From positions 7,814,001 through 7,878,000 of the forward strand of contig NC_045697.1 of assembly GCF_009834535.1 (NCBI RefSeq): a stretch of DNA of 64,000 nucleotides. The letters run 5' to 3'. This DNA comes from Camelus ferus (lineage: Eukaryota). The notes beneath the pieces are model-generated. The model was not told the origin of the DNA and searched no databases. It worked only from the letters and a program-made list of their open reading frames with translations. Shown here piece after piece: positions 50,041 to 63,183 of the stretch (the stretch's first letter is position 1; every line of letters begins with the position of its first letter). A program made the position numbers and the translations under genes.

Positions 50041-51869
50041 TTTGCATTTGAGATTATCTTGCTTTAGTTACTGCTATTCCATCCTACTGCTTTTGTCACC
50101 ATGGTAAGATTGCACACTGGGGAGCCTCTCTCTGCAATGATGTTTTCCATCACTTTCTCTCAAGGCACACCAGTTTCTAGTACTTCCTCTCTGGAATTCT
50201 GTCATTGGGTCAGTTTTCTGTGGTTTGTCATGCAGTTCATATGGCTTTGACATGAACCGACCTCTTGATTTGTTGGAGGTCCTTTGACCAGGAAAACCAA
50301 GTAGTCACTTGAGTGAATCCAAAAGAAAGGAAGCCATGTGATGGGATGTTAAGCCTGCAGAAGGGTTGAGGACCTCAGTGGGCTCTCTCGATCCTAGACT
50401 GTTAACATCTCGAATGTCAGTGTCCTTTTGTGTAGATGGTGGAAGAGATCCTCTTCTTGTTCCACAGCTCCATGTAAAGGGACATCAATTAATGTAACAT
50501 ATTTGACATGTCTTTGCCCTTTCAATCTTTCCATTCTGAAGAGGAATCTGTTATCTAACTTGAGAACTTGAATTGGGTCTTCACAGAGCTGTTTTATTTT
50601 TCTCTTCTTCCACTTCTCTCTAATATCTGGATGTCTGAGGGAACATGTACTCTCTTCTACTCTAAGCTATGAGACAAGTTTAATGGTGAGTCATGCCCCT
50701 TTGAGCATGGAAGGGAATGGTTGATGAGATTTGGGAATGGAGACACAGTGCTGAGATTGTCTAGTATTGCCTGTGAGTGGATGTGGAAGTCTTTCTAAAT
50801 GTGGAACTCCTGTGTTTCACAGACGGGTTAACACACCTAAGCCGTCTTCACCATCATAATCTGTATCAACAGCAAGCCTGTCATTTTGATCCCCTCTTGC
50901 ATGACTTGAACTTTCTTCATACTGGTTTTTAACTCAGGCAGAGGAGGAGGTCCGTTCTTTAGCTCCCAAATAGGATCTAAGGGACAGGAAGCACAGGGCA
51001 GACTTCTCAGTAGATTCTAGTCTAGACTTTAAACTGAAGAGGCTAGAGGTGCTCCAGGATAACTTGTGCCCCAGCCCTGCTCACCAGAAAAGGATTAAGG
51101 GCTAACATCTCAAGTAATGTGTGCAATGCTACTATATAATAGACTTAATCCTGGGGACTGTATGTTTATAAATCCAAGGGCCTGGGTAGATGATATACAA
51201 ATAGAGAGCTGTATCAACATTTGATGATTTGGGGTTCTACTGATATATTTTTTATTACATTCCAATGAATTGTGTGTACATGTGTGTGTATGTGTGTGTA
51301 TGTGTATGTGTGTGGCTTCATCTCGTTATTTTATTACACAAACAAGATTTGTAAAGTGGTCCTAGTTTTATAGTATTTGAAGCTAGATTTCAGTGATTAT
51401 AATTTCTAAAGAGCACCCCAATTCCACTGAGGGCTCCTCAGGGAAGAAGAATATTAAGAAGATTAATTGTCAGAACTATAATTAAAAAATAAAAAGCTAT
51501 TTGGTTTTTATAATGGCTGTGAAATGGAAAAGTGAAGATTCTTGAAGTTTAAAGCATTAAAAAAGCCCAGAATTCAACTGAGACCATTGCTTTTCTTTCA
51601 TTAGAAGGTACATGACAATTTCTCCTGCAATTTTAGAAGAGAAAAGTTATATATCTCTTGAGTTAGCTGGAGAGTAGAGTTGCAATACTGGGGCTTTCTC
51701 TTTTTCTCATGGATCTCAAGTCTAACACCACATACTCCCTTATGCTAATCTTTGAGACCACTGTACTTCTTTTAATTCTCTTTCATAGTACTCAGTTCAG
51801 CATTCTTTAAATGAATAGTGTATTAATGGAATATTGTTGAATATACTTAAGAGATGCTTTGCCTACATT

Positions 51870-52560
51870 GAACTGATTCCATTCCTAATGTGTGAAAATG
51901 AAACTTGTTTCACTTATTCCCAGACTATTCTCTGCATGGTCAGAGCAAGTGAACACTCTAAAATATGAATCTAACCATATCATTTTGCAGCATAAAATCT
52001 TTCAAGGACCCCCTATGGTCTACGAAATGAAACCTAGACTTTGGAATACAGCAGATAATATCCACCATCTTTTCTTGCCTATTCTCCCGGACGATCCATT
52101 GCTGCTGCAGCCTTATGTGTATTTTCCATCCACTTTAAACTGCTTATGCTTCGCAAGCATGTGCCCTGGTGTCTTGGAAAAGTCTGTTTACTCTTCCAGG
52201 AGCAGTTTTCTCCTTTCCCCTGATACACCTGCTTAAACCTGGCACTCTACTATACATTCTTAAAAACCCAGAAAAAGCATCTTTCCAGTACAACTTCTCT
52301 GACTGCTGCAATTTGTTAACCATTCCCTCTTCTGTGCGAGTACTAAAGCTCAAACTCAAACTTGATTAAAGTCTCTTTCCCTTCAATTACTAGCATTGCG
52401 ACCTTAGGTAAATGACTTGACCTCATAAAGTTCAGTTGCATTACCTATGAGCTAATAAGAATGCCAATACTTAGTGTGTTATGACGGCTTACGGATTTGA
52501 TACAGTTCAGTTTCCTAGCATTCACTGTGCCTGAAACATGAAAAACTCAATACACATGGA
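51870..52560 (+). mobile_element. L2 fragment (about 51870-52330) plus MIR (about 52340-52560)
   Basis: TCTAAAATATGAATCTAACCATATCA..AAAATCTTTCAA (L2); TACTAGCATTGCGACCTTAGGTAAATGACTTGACCTC..CACTGTGCCTGAAACA (MIR). Confidence 0.65.
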
Positions 52561-52562
52561 TG

Positions 52563-52563
<1 letters not shown>

Positions 52564-52626
<63 letters not shown>
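52564..52626 (+). repeat. (ATT)n microsatellite, ~21 units
   Basis: Directly visible perfect tract at the MIR tail. Confidence 0.97.
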
Positions 52627-53797
52627 CATCACTGTTGTTCTATTCCTGTATCCTCCCCCAACTTTCAGAAGAGCTTAAAGTCCTGGGCCAGGGGAAAGAT
52701 CTGAGCGGGGAGCTTCTAGTGTCCTCCAATCCTCTCTTACACTGATAACTGAGAGGAGCCTTTACAGTGATTCAGTCCCAGGCTATTTCTAGATCACTTT
52801 GCCATCAAATAGCACAGGCAACACCATGTGCTTGGCCGTTGGTGTACTTAATACTGACATGGACTCTAATCAAAGTCAGTGGGAGATACAACCGATACAT
52901 GCCATACCCAGAAGCTCTGGGATATTTAGACCTACATTTACCATTTTATTCTAAGCTCAAATTCTTTTTCTTAAGACTTCCCTTTTTTCTGTGACATAAG
53001 TATTTTTCGATACCTTCCTCCAATGTGGCAATCACTTGGTGTTCCCTCTCTAATTACTATTTACTTCATTTCCATATAATTTTTGTTTAAGAAATCTGTA
53101 CTGTAATGTGGAATTCTCATATTAAGGCATCTGGGAAGTACATGTGCAGTTCAGCTTTTATCTAAAACCTCACTTGATGCAGTGAAATTCCCAGAATATT
53201 TTTGGCTCATCTTTCTGCTGTGGTCACAGGAAAGGACATTGTTTTATAACCATGGAACATTTTTTCCAGCCCAATTTTATTTTCCATTGCATGAGGTTCT
53301 GAAACAGTAATACAGCACAAGAAATAGCCAAAATGCACCACTTAAACAACAAAAAATAAGTGTTTATTTGCTCAAGCATCTGGATGGTCAGACAGGTCAT
53401 GCCTCTGATGTTCACCTATCAGCTGTTCATTTGTCTGAGAGTTGGTTATCTATTGACAAAGTCATTAGGCAAAGAGTACGATTACAGAAAAAAATGAAGA
53501 ATTTGAGCCACTGATGAGATCAATCTATTGTGACATTCATAGACATGTAAAATGTTCTTCTAATTTAACCCTTTAACTCACTTAATTTTTACTGACTTGT
53601 ATTGATATCTTTTTCTTTGACTATATCATAGATTCTTCCTGCCAATACACAAACACTATGATTAATATATCTATGTTATCATCCCTGTTCTACCTGTCCA
53701 GTTGGAAAGGAAATCCCAGAAATCAGAAACCTTGTCTAGGAAATTGTAAATGTTATCTCTCCTGATGTCCCAGGTAAGGTTTCATGCTGCTCTAGAA

Positions 53798-54112
53798 CAG
53801 GATTTGGCAAACTGTGGCCCATAGACCAGATGATTACTACTGCCTGTTATTATATGGCCCATGAGCTAAGAATATTTTTAAGGTGCTAAAAAGAATTCAA
53901 ACAAGAATAATATTTAGAAACACATGAAAATAATATAGCATTCAAATTTGAATGTCTATAAATAAAATTTTATTGGAGCCTGCTACACACATTTATGTAT
54001 TGTTTGTGGCTATTTTCCCATTACAGCAGAGTTGAGTAGTTGATGCAGATTATATTACTCACAAAGCCTAGACTATATGACCCTTTATGGTGGAAAAAAA
54101 AGCCAACCTCTG
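53798..54112 (+). mobile_element. MER58B (hAT-Charlie MITE)
   Basis: TIRs CAGGATTTGGCAAACT.. / ..GCCAACCTCTG, internal AAATAAAATTTTATTGGA and GCAGAGTTGAGTAGTTG; 8-bp hAT TSD CTCTAGAA / CTCTAGGC. Confidence 0.9.
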
Positions 54113-54199
54113 CTCTAGGCAGTTTGCTGCTTGGGTTTATCTCTTTGTCTTTACCAACAGCTCTCTGTTTTTCCCACCTAGAAGGGGACTTCATAACTG

Positions 54200-54685
54200 A
54201 AGAGTACAGTAGTAGAGCTGGCTTCAAGTGCTGAAACTAATGACTTAAGGATTTTGTCTTGCTTCTTCTATCCTCAGCTTTGTTTGCCCCCATGAAATTT
54301 CCATTCTTATGGGGACAGGATGTCTGCCAGAAGCTCCAGGTTTACCCTCAGTCCTCAATGCAACCCTCTCACCATGAGTGAATTTTATTTTCTTAGCATT
54401 TCAACAAAAACATTACACTGAGTTGGTTCTTATCTACTCTGGTTGGATCACTTGTTTATTCTTGAACCAATCACAGAAAGAAGGGGTATGCTATGATCTT
54501 ATTGAACATAGTTGGGTTACATATAAATCCAGCACATGAGGAAGTTGTCAAGTCCATTAAAAAAAAAAACAAAAACTAAAAAGACTAAGAAGAGAAAAGA
54601 GTACTTATCCAGTGTTTGTTGGGCATTGCTACCTGAAAGGCAGAACATATGCTGCTTGGGAATAAAACCCAATTGCCACTAGATG
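54200..54685 (-). mobile_element. Old MaLR LTR (MLT1J/K/L-like)
   Basis: GATGTCTGCCAGAAGCTCCAGGTTTAC.., GGATCACTTGTTTATTCTTGAACCAATCAC..GGGGTATG. Confidence 0.65.
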
Positions 54686-55369
54686 ATCTAAAAGTAGAAT
54701 CTTTAAATATATGTATATATATACCTTTCATTTGAAAGAAAAATATAATTAAATTAATGTTGTAAAGTAAATCTGTGCTGGAAAACAAATGGAACCCTTA
54801 AATTTTCTTGGTATTCAATCAAAACAAAGAATGAGTTTTGTAGTAAGAATGAGTTTATAAACAGCTTTTCATAGAAAATAGAGTTTTATAAAAAGTAATT
54901 TTACATCTAAATTTTGAAATCTCTATCATTGATTTTTATCACTAAAAGCGCTTATTTTTTATTTGTATTGAATTCAATATATGATTCACTAGCCACCTAA
55001 AAAATGCCAGATGTTATTTAGTCTCTTAGACATTTGTAAGAGGACTATGACTTGGCCTTGATTTCAAGATGGTTACTCTCAAGGGAGGAAAATAGAAAAT
55101 TAAAATACAGAGTAACAAATAAAAATACATAAAAGTTGCAATGACAGGATGGAGAAGAATAAACCTAATTTGTTCTTTGGGAAAGGGTACATTTGTTACA
55201 CAGGAGGTGACATCTGCCTGTCTTAAATGCCAAAAAGATTTTTCCAATTAGATTCCTCACTAATCCGTGAAGAATTAGCCTGGGAAAATTCACTAGGCTT
55301 CTCAAATAACTTTACTTCTAACATTTCAAAGGATTCTTTCAAGAATTAGGTAAATCATTGTGTCTAGAG

Positions 55370-57447
55370 CAAAAGTCTAGCTATATAATGCTCTCTTTTA
55401 TGTAAAAAGAGAACATAAGGAAACATACACATATCTGACCATTCATGTGAAAAGAAAGCCAAGAAGGATAAAGCAGAAATCACTAGACTGCTTATCTCCC
55501 GAAGGGAATAAAAACAGAGTGGGATGGGTGGGAGGATGCGACTCGGGTGTAAAGAGTGATACTTCTCTAAATTTAGCTTTTTGTACAATTCTAACTTTGA
55601 ACATTTTTATAATTTAAAAATGACTAAAATTACCAATAATGAAGAGGAAGCCAAAAGAAATGTCCTAAAAAGCAAATGGAAGAAAATTGTATTACAGGTA
55701 AGTAGCATAAAATATTAAATCAGAAGAGGGAGATAATTAAGATGACTTTGAAGTAACATTTAAAAAAAAATATATATATATATACAGTAAGACTATAGCT
55801 CAAGAAAACTATACACAAATATTTTTTGTTAGTAGGTGTGTGTTCACATTGATTTGGGTTAGCATTGCTAAAACTATTTTATTTGTATTTGATGATGGAG
55901 CTAATAAGTAAATATATACTTCAAATAATAAATGCCACGTTTCTCACTGTCTAGGAAAAAAGTTACAAATAAGGGAAGAGGAAAGGGTAGAATCTTTTAA
56001 TGTTATGTTAAAATTGGAGGTATGTGTATTAAATGTCTGCTTTAAATACATATGTATACACATTAGATAGGTAGACAGATGATAGATTTAGAAAAATAAA
56101 TTTGTGCATACATATCCATATTTCTTAACTCTGTGTACGGAGAGAAACTAGAAGCAATGATACCCCAATACCAGTGAGCACATTCATCACCAAAGGTTGG
56201 TTTCTAAGTACCATTCTTAAATAAAGGAACTGGAGAAATGGCTGATTAGGGCAGAGGAAGTACCAGAGGAGCCTGAAATATCTTGTAGCACCAGAAAGGA
56301 AGGACGTACTTAGAACTTGGTGAAGACATTTCAAAAATGCACAAAAGACAGCTTGAAAGAGCTCTCAATGGCCAAATTTTGTGCATATTGAGTAAAATAA
56401 TAACAACAAAAAGATACAACCTTAGGAAAAAATAGAATCCTTTGTGTCTATGCTGAAATCATTAAAATAATTGAATAAACAAATACATAGAAGATAAGGG
56501 AAAGCTCTCCTTTACAAGAGAATTCCAACCAATAAATATTTTTTAAATGATGGAAATAGGAAAACAGCATTGGCCAAACTCTAAAGCAACATTTTTTTTC
56601 AGGAAAGAATCATTAATGAGTAATAAAATTAATGATATAATAGATATGATGAAAAATGAGATATTTACACAATCTAAAAGTAACTTTCGCAGGATACTTA
56701 ATTACAAAGGGGAATATAGTAAATTACAGTGGAGAAACTTGGAAGACATCATTTCAATTAAGTGATCAAAGTTATCATCACTAGTGGAAAAAAAAACATT
56801 GTCTCTTCTTGCTATCATTCACGAAGATGGACACATCATTTCTGTGATATTCCTATCAAAAATACATAACTAAATTTTAAAAATGTATTCTACAAAGTCA
56901 AAAGAAGTCATTTCAAATGTCTGGCCAATGGTCTTCAAAAGTGTCAGGTCATAGAAGACTACAGGAGACAAAAATTGTGTTTGAATTAAGTACAGGATCC
57001 TAGGCTCGATTCTGAATAAGGAAAAGGGTATTAGTGGAATAATCAGAAAGTTTTGAATGTGTTCTCTGGACTAGATAATAGCAATGTGTCGATGTTAATT
57101 CATACCATTGTACTGTGGCTAAGTGAGAAGTTGACATTTGGACTCGTGACAAGGTTCCTCAACCTCAGAATTATTGATATCTAGGTCTGGATGATTCTGT
57201 TTTGGGGGGCTGCCCCGTGCGTTACAGAATGTTTAGCAGCATCCTTGGCCTCTACCATCTAGATGACAGTAGCACACCCTTTTCGTTGTGACAACCAAAA
57301 ACGTATCCAGACATTGCCAAATATCCTTGGGGAAGAAGGCATAAAATCTTCCCCAGTTGAGAACTACTGATCCATGGGGATTCTTTGTGCTGTTTTTCAG
57401 CACTCTTTCATGAGACTGAATTTATCTTAAAATTAAAAGTTTAAAAA
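55370..57447 (+). mobile_element. L1MC-type long 3'UTR fragment, interrupted by MER20
   Basis: AAGGTTGGTTTCTAAGTACCATTC..AAGGAACTGG..GAAATGGCTGATT..GCCTGAAATATCTTGTAGCACCAGAAAG; TTACAGTGGAGAAAC..AAGTGATCAAAGTT; ends TTTATCTTAAAATTAAAAGTTTAAAAA. Confidence 0.8.
57150..57369 (+). mobile_element. MER20 (hAT-Charlie MITE)
   Basis: CAAGGTTCCTCAACCTCAG..GAATGTTTAGCAGCATCCTTGGCCTCTACC..GTTGTGACAACCAAAAACGTATCCAGACATTGCCAAAT..GTTGAGAACTACTG. Confidence 0.92.
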
Positions 57448-58783
57448 CTGTGTGAAAATGCCTAGCACAGCACCAGTAACATAGTGAGCAATAAGTATGT
57501 AATGATCCTTAAAATCTTGTGACTGGACCTCTCTGGAGGTCCGTATATAGTTCTAAGTCCTGTGTTTCAATGAGAAATTCAACAGATCTACTCAATTAAT
57601 CACAGATTTAATGACAGACACTTTAAGTGCAAAAACTACTGCATTTTGACACCTCCACCTCCAGATTTATCTGCTCAGCATCCAAACAATGTCTATCTCT
57701 GTGGCAGGTCAATCCCGTCTTTGCAATTTAATGTTCCTTATTCCTCCGGGCTTCCTCAGAATGCAAACGTTTTCTATTTGGGTTAATTTCACAGTTAGAA
57801 TCTCACCAAAACCTTATTATTCTTTTTTTTTCCAAGGATCAGCTCTGCTGAATGCTAGGTGTGGATAATAACAGGAAAACTTGTAATATTATTTCACAGA
57901 ACTTTAAAACACAATATTACCTCCAGGAAAATGGAAGCAGAATTTGGATTAAAAACAGATCTTGTTACCCTTCAGTCTGACCCTTCTCAGACTCCAGATT
58001 TTGACAGCCTGCATTGCTACACGTATTGCTCACAACTGCCAGTTGTTCAGTGACAAAGGAGAAGGGTGAACATACTAGTAACAGGCCTGTATTTAGTGAT
58101 ACACAGTTGGCTCAGAGAGAAAGGGAAATAAGAGGAAGACAAAGAGGAGAGACAGGAATCAGAAGACAGAAACAGTGACTGAGCATGCAGCAGAGGAAGC
58201 GACAGAGATACAGGACAAGAGAAATGAAGTGCTAGCCGTGGTCAAGTTTGAGAACATGATAGACTAAAAGAAAAGAGATGGAACAAGAGAGCTGGCTGTC
58301 TCTTGTCAGGAACAGGAGAGGAACAAAGAGAGAGAGAGAATATGAATGAGAAAGAAAGAGAAAAAACAAAGAAACATGCAATGAAAGAGAAGACAAAGAT
58401 ACCCTGAGGTTCCGAGCTTTAATTGATGAGTTAGGGTTTATCCAGGAGAAAAGGGCTCAGCATATTGAGAAATCTGGAAATGACAAATTATGAAAAATTA
58501 ATATACCTAGAAATATCTGGTGCAAAAATGAGAAGACCTAATGGGAACATACAGTGATCTCCAATATTCACAGGAATTCTATTTAGAGACAAGGACAATT
58601 AAACATGAAATCTGTGTTTGCTCCTATGGCTCTGGTGAATAATGGACGGAGGAATAGGATTATAAGGACATACAGTCTCTAAAAAGTGAGTTGTTCAACA
58701 ATTGACTGAGGATTTCCTAAGCACCTCCCATCACTTGTCAACACTAGGGAAGAGCTGTGTTTCCTCTGTAACAGAAAATAAGA

Positions 58784-58914
58784 CTAGTGTCCCATACAAT
58801 TTATTATTCAAAGTCAGACGCCTTTGAAAGTTAAAAGGGGTTCATTTATAATTACTTTTGGACAATAAGTTTAAATCAGAACTCTTCTGGGCAAACTGGA
58901 ATATATGGTAATTC
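58784..58914 (+). mobile_element. MER94 (hAT-Blackjack MITE)
   Basis: CCATACAATTTATTATTCAAAGTCAGAC..TTTGAAAGTTAAAAGGGG..ATAATTAC..CTGGGCAAACTGGAATATATGGT. Confidence 0.75.
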
Positions 58915-59293
58915 GGAGGAGGACTAGCTAATTTCTGAGACGATTTTCAATGTTCTGGCCCAAATCAACGTTTCCTTTTTTGACTGGTCATTTCACTAGT
59001 GCATTTCTCAGCCACTTGAAACTGGAGTGGGGACCAGGTATCCTTATGTATTATCATAAATAAAAACTAATACAGTAATTAGAGAACAGTGTAAATTAAT
59101 ATCTTTAAATCTCAAGTTTTTAATTAATTACTTGATTAATCCAGTGAACAATGGTTGAATGTGCCTTATATGCCAGCCACGTGCACTGTGTGGTGCTCTG
59201 GCTTATGTAAACACGTTTCTGGATCAGTATAAATGAATATTAAGTGAATGGCAGAACTAGATTTGAACCAGTTATCACTGAACTGTTAACTAC

Positions 59294-59366
59294 AGATATA
59301 GATAGTTGGTAGATACAAAGATAGACAGACAGACAGACAGACAGATGGCTGGACGAATGGATAGAG
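59294..59366 (+). repeat. (TAGA)/(CAGA)n degenerate tetranucleotide repeat
   Basis: Directly visible. Confidence 0.8.
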
Positions 59367-59377
59367 AAATACACGTT

Positions 59378-59738
59378 TGGTTTAAACAGCAGAAATTAAG
59401 TTTCACACAGTCCTGGAGGCTGGAAGCTCAGGGTGTAGGCCGTGTTGGTGTTCTCTGAGGTCTATCTGTGAGGGAAGGATCTGTTCCAGGATTTCTCTCC
59501 TTCACTTGTAAACAACTGTCTTCTCCCTGTTTGGTCCTCATGCAGTCATCCTCTGGTGTCTCCTCCACTTCTTATAAGGGCACGGATCATGCTGGATTAG
59601 AGCCCCATCCTAATGGTCTCGTTTAACTTTATCACCTTTTGAAAGATCTTATCTATAAACGCAGTCATATTCTGAGGTACTAGGGGTTGGGACTTCAACA
59701 TGTGAATTTTGAAGGGGACACAATTCAGCCCATATAAC
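59378..59738 (-). mobile_element. MLT1A/B-like MaLR LTR
   Basis: TTAAACAGCAGAAATT..CACAGTCCTGGAGGCTGGAAG.., CTTCTTATAAGGGCAC.., GTCATATTCTGAGGTACTAGGGGTTGGGACTTCAACATGTGAATTTTG..GGGGACACAATTCAGCCCATA. Confidence 0.9.
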
Positions 59739-60191
59739 TTGTCATTTATTTTAGGATGAAGAACAAATTATGTTCCATGATAAACACACCCAGCCCTTAT
59801 TTTTCTCTTTGGTCAGTTTTCATAGGACAATCTCCTTGTTACCTGCAGTTCAGCTGCCCTGACCACTTCTCTGTGGCTCGTGAGGATTATGCCCTCTCCT
59901 CCCTGAGGTTGCTTGCATTTGCTGAAACATTCTCTCTCTCCCTCTACCTTAGTCTAATAATTTTACTACATAAAGGCAGACCACTGTCAGAGATTCTCAA
60001 CATTAAGCTTTGGGGAGATTTGGATTTTACCATCTTCCTCCAACTCTGTCCAGCCTGTCTTGGGGTGCCATGGAATTCCCTTGCCCCGTAGCATCTAACT
60101 ACAAGGAATCCTACTTTCATATCACTGCTTTGCTGTTATGTGTTAAATGCAACCAGATCGTTCTCTTTAATCCCCACAATCTTCCATTACT

Positions 60192-60525
60192 TTTATTTTG
60201 TTTTGTTTTCTTGAAATATATTAGACACATAACATCGTGCAAGTTTCATGTGTATAATGTGTTAATTTCATACATTTATATACTGCAATATAATTCCTTT
60301 TGTAGAATTGGCTAACATCCATATTATATCACATAATTATTATTTATTTTTTATGGCGAGAACAATAAAGATCTAGTCTCTTAAGTTTGATGTTTACAAT
60401 ACAGTGCTGTACTATATCTTTTTCTGTATCTATAATCATCATACTGTGCACTATATCTCCAGGACTTGTTTATCTATTAGTTGCAAGTTTGTGCCCTTAA
60501 ACAACATTCCTCCTCTTTCCCCTTT
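60192..60525 (-). mobile_element. L1MA-type 3' end fragment
   Basis: TTGAAATATATTAGACACATAACATCGTGCAAGTTTCATGTGTATAATGTG..AAGATCTAGTCTC..TCTCCAGGACTTGTTTATCT..GCAAGTTTGTGCCCTT. Confidence 0.8.
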
Positions 60526-60769
60526 CTTCAGCCATATATTGTAAAAAGAAAAAGAAAAAAAAAAATGAAAGAGGAGAGATTGATAAAAGGAAGGAAGGGA
60601 GGAAGGAAGACAGAGAGGGAGACAAAAAGATACACTCAGTTTGATACTTGTTACCCCAAACACAAGCAAAACCACTCCATGTGATCTATGCGATGACATA
60701 GCCATAGGGATGTGCAAATGGAATCCAACACCTAAAATTACGGCCGCCCGTAGAACAGTGAGCAATTTG

Positions 60770-60892
60770 AACTGCCCAACCCACATAGGCTGCGACTGAA
60801 GGAAGAGAGGATTACCGAAGAAAGTTGGGGAAGCTGATACCAGAAGAAAAGGGAAGAGAGCTGGACAGTAAAACGTAACATTTACCACACAC
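60770..60892 (-). mobile_element. Old MaLR LTR (MLT1J/K-like) fragment
   Basis: GAAGCTGATACCAGAAGAAAAGGGAAGAGAGCTGGACAGTAAAACGTAACATTTACCACA resembles an antisense MLT1 5' end. Confidence 0.45.
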
Positions 60893-61554
60893 CTCGTCTT
60901 TAGACATCATAAGGCAAAAGTGCTTCGTAAGATGGGGCAACAAAACAATATATTTGGTAGGTTTTTTATCTGTATTGGGGTCTATGTCTCTTTGGGACAG
61001 TCACAGTTTCTTGAACTTTTTCAATGCAAAATCGATTAGAAGGTAAATGCATTCTGAGTGAAATAAAGTATCTATCAATTTCCCAACTCAGAACCTCTGA
61101 GAAAACGACTGCAAGTGTGGAGATTATGTATTTGAAATCCTCAGTGTACAGGATGTGCTTACTACATATGAATTTGCCTCCCTGTTCCTCCTCTTCATTC
61201 TCTCTGCCATCTCATCCTTTCACTTTTCATTAATCTAAAACCCTGGCTTTGTCCTTTGAGTCACAATGAACGAGTCTCTCTCTCCATGATGTTCAGCCTC
61301 ACTGATACCCTCTTCTCCAATTTAAATGTCTAAAACTCTTTCAAGGGTTGCTTCCACAGCTGGTTTCTAAACCTCTTTAAAGTGTGATTGCCCACAGCTG
61401 GATGCATACTGATTCATCAATAATGAAAGAGGACACAGGGTTATGGATGATATTTAATTATATATACTAATCCAAAATCCTTTTTGTATCCAGCCATTCC
61501 CGAACTTCTATGTCTTCAGATCATCTAACTCCTTAAGAGACAGAAATTTGCCCT

Positions 61555-61845
61555 ATTTTATTTTATTTATTTTAGTTTTGTTTTATTTTATTTTATTATA
61601 CAACTGTATTGAGGTATCATGGATATAGAAAGAACAGTGCATATTTAATGTGTTCAATTCAATAAATTTGGACATATGTATACACCACTGATGCCATCAC
61701 CACAATCAAGCTAAAAGCCATATCCAACACCGTTCAGTGGGACGTTATGTCCCTTTGCGGTTGTTCTTTTTGTTTTGTTGTGTTTTTGTGATAAGAAGGC
61801 TTAAGAGACCTACTCTCTGAATGTAATCTGAAGTGCACCAACTAC
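61555..61845 (-). mobile_element. L1MA-type 3' end fragment
   Basis: (TTTTA)n tail; ATTGAGGTATCA..GCATATTTAATGTG..TTTGGACATATGTATACACC..CCATCACCACAATCAAG. Confidence 0.8.
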
Positions 61846-61999
61846 AGCTCAGCTGGTGGAGTGTAGGACTTGACCCTTTTCTTTTTAAATCTGTTTAAGA
61901 TTTCTCTAATGCTCTGTATCTTCACTCCCTTGTATAATGTCCTTGAAGATGACTCATTATTTGTGAGGAAAGCTTATGAGATCAAGAAGGACAAGCATT

Positions 62000-62170
62000 C
62001 TACAATGGAGAGAGAGTAAGATTTGAGACCAGAAACCCTGTGTTCAATGTTAGTCCCTTGTTTCACAGAGGGGGCTATTTTGATAAATCAGTTAGCCATC
62101 CAGAGCTTCTGTTTCACCACCTGTAGTAATTGTGATAACAATACTGAATGTTTCACAGTGTAGATGGTTG
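62000..62170 (+). mobile_element. MIR SINE fragment
   Basis: ATTTGAGACCAGAAACCCTGTGTTCAA..AAATCAGTTAGCC..GAGCTTCTGTTTCACCACCTGTA. Confidence 0.55.
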
Positions 62171-62992
62171 TAGCTGCCAGCATTATTAAATTATCAAAAT
62201 ATAATTAAATTTATTTTATGATCATTTTTGAAACCATAGGAGGCCAGAGACCCTAACATCATTGTGCTGGAGTATGGAGAAGTTTCTTATCTTGGGCTGA
62301 TCAGCCATTTAGAATAGGGCCTGAAACCTATATGAAAGTCAAATGTGATGTTTTCTCAAATATGAAGGTCTCTTGAGAATAAAAATAGGGATAAATGATT
62401 TTGCTGTTTTGTAGGCAACTGCAGCATTCAGAAATGTAATGCATCAAATATGTTCAAGTGAATCAATATCCTCTCAGTGTGACTTGAGTATAAATCAAAA
62501 TTTATGACCCAAATATAGCATACTGTGACCAAAGTGAATGAATAAGAGAAAGTGGTATTACAGAAATAAACATTTCTATATCAGAATGGCTGCCCATTAA
62601 TTTTTATAAAAGGATGGAAAAAATCAGAGCCAGAGGCACTTTTGCATGCAGAGGATAATTTGCTCTTCCCTAAAAATTCAACATGGCAGCAAACTCTGTG
62701 AAATTAGAGTACATTTTGTTCATAGTAGATAACAATATGGAAATAATGAGTAAATATATTCAAGGAAATGTACTCATAGATACATATTATCTTAAAATAG
62801 AAAATGCTGAAGGAAATCCATTAACAGAGTCTTCACATTATACAAATACGAGGTGAGGTTAACTTGGCCAGGGTCAGAGAGTTGGTTAGCAACAGATGTT
62901 ACCTTATCAGTTATATGGAAGTCATTACAAAATTTATATTTCATACCCATGTCTCTCTCTCTTAATTACTAACTACATCAATTATATACTTG

Positions 62993-63183
62993 TAGGTTTA
63001 CCAAATTTAGCAAATAAAAATTTAGGATACCCAGCTACATGGAATTTCAGATAAAAAGAAAAAGAACAAATAGTTGTTTAGTTAAGTTTGTTTCATGAAA
63101 TATTTTGCATACTTATATTACAATTATTTATCGTTTAATTAAATTCAAATTTACATGGGAGTCCTGTATTTTATCTCAACCTT
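62993..63183. mobile_element. MER53 (hAT-like palindromic MITE)
   Basis: AGGTTTACCAAATTTAGCAAATAAAAATTTAGGATACCCAG..GAATTTCAGATAAA ... AAATTCAAATTTACATGGGAGTCCTGTATTTTATCTCAACCT. Confidence 0.8.

Noticed and set aside
51892..52236. 114-aa ORF
   Set aside because: Falls within an L2 fragment; no protein-family motif seen.
52560..52745. Poly-Leu ORF resembling a signal peptide
   Set aside because: Translation of the (ATT)n microsatellite.
54286..54318. Short imperfect hairpin CCCCATGAAAT..ATTCTTATGGGG, and similar 8-bp inverted repeats such as the one near 58283
   Set aside because: Too short; expected by chance in 64 kb.
60451..60888. Longest ORF in the window (145 aa, hydrophobic)
   Set aside because: Spans an L1 fragment, a purine-rich low-complexity tract and an MLT1-like fragment; the hydrophobicity reflects T-rich codons.
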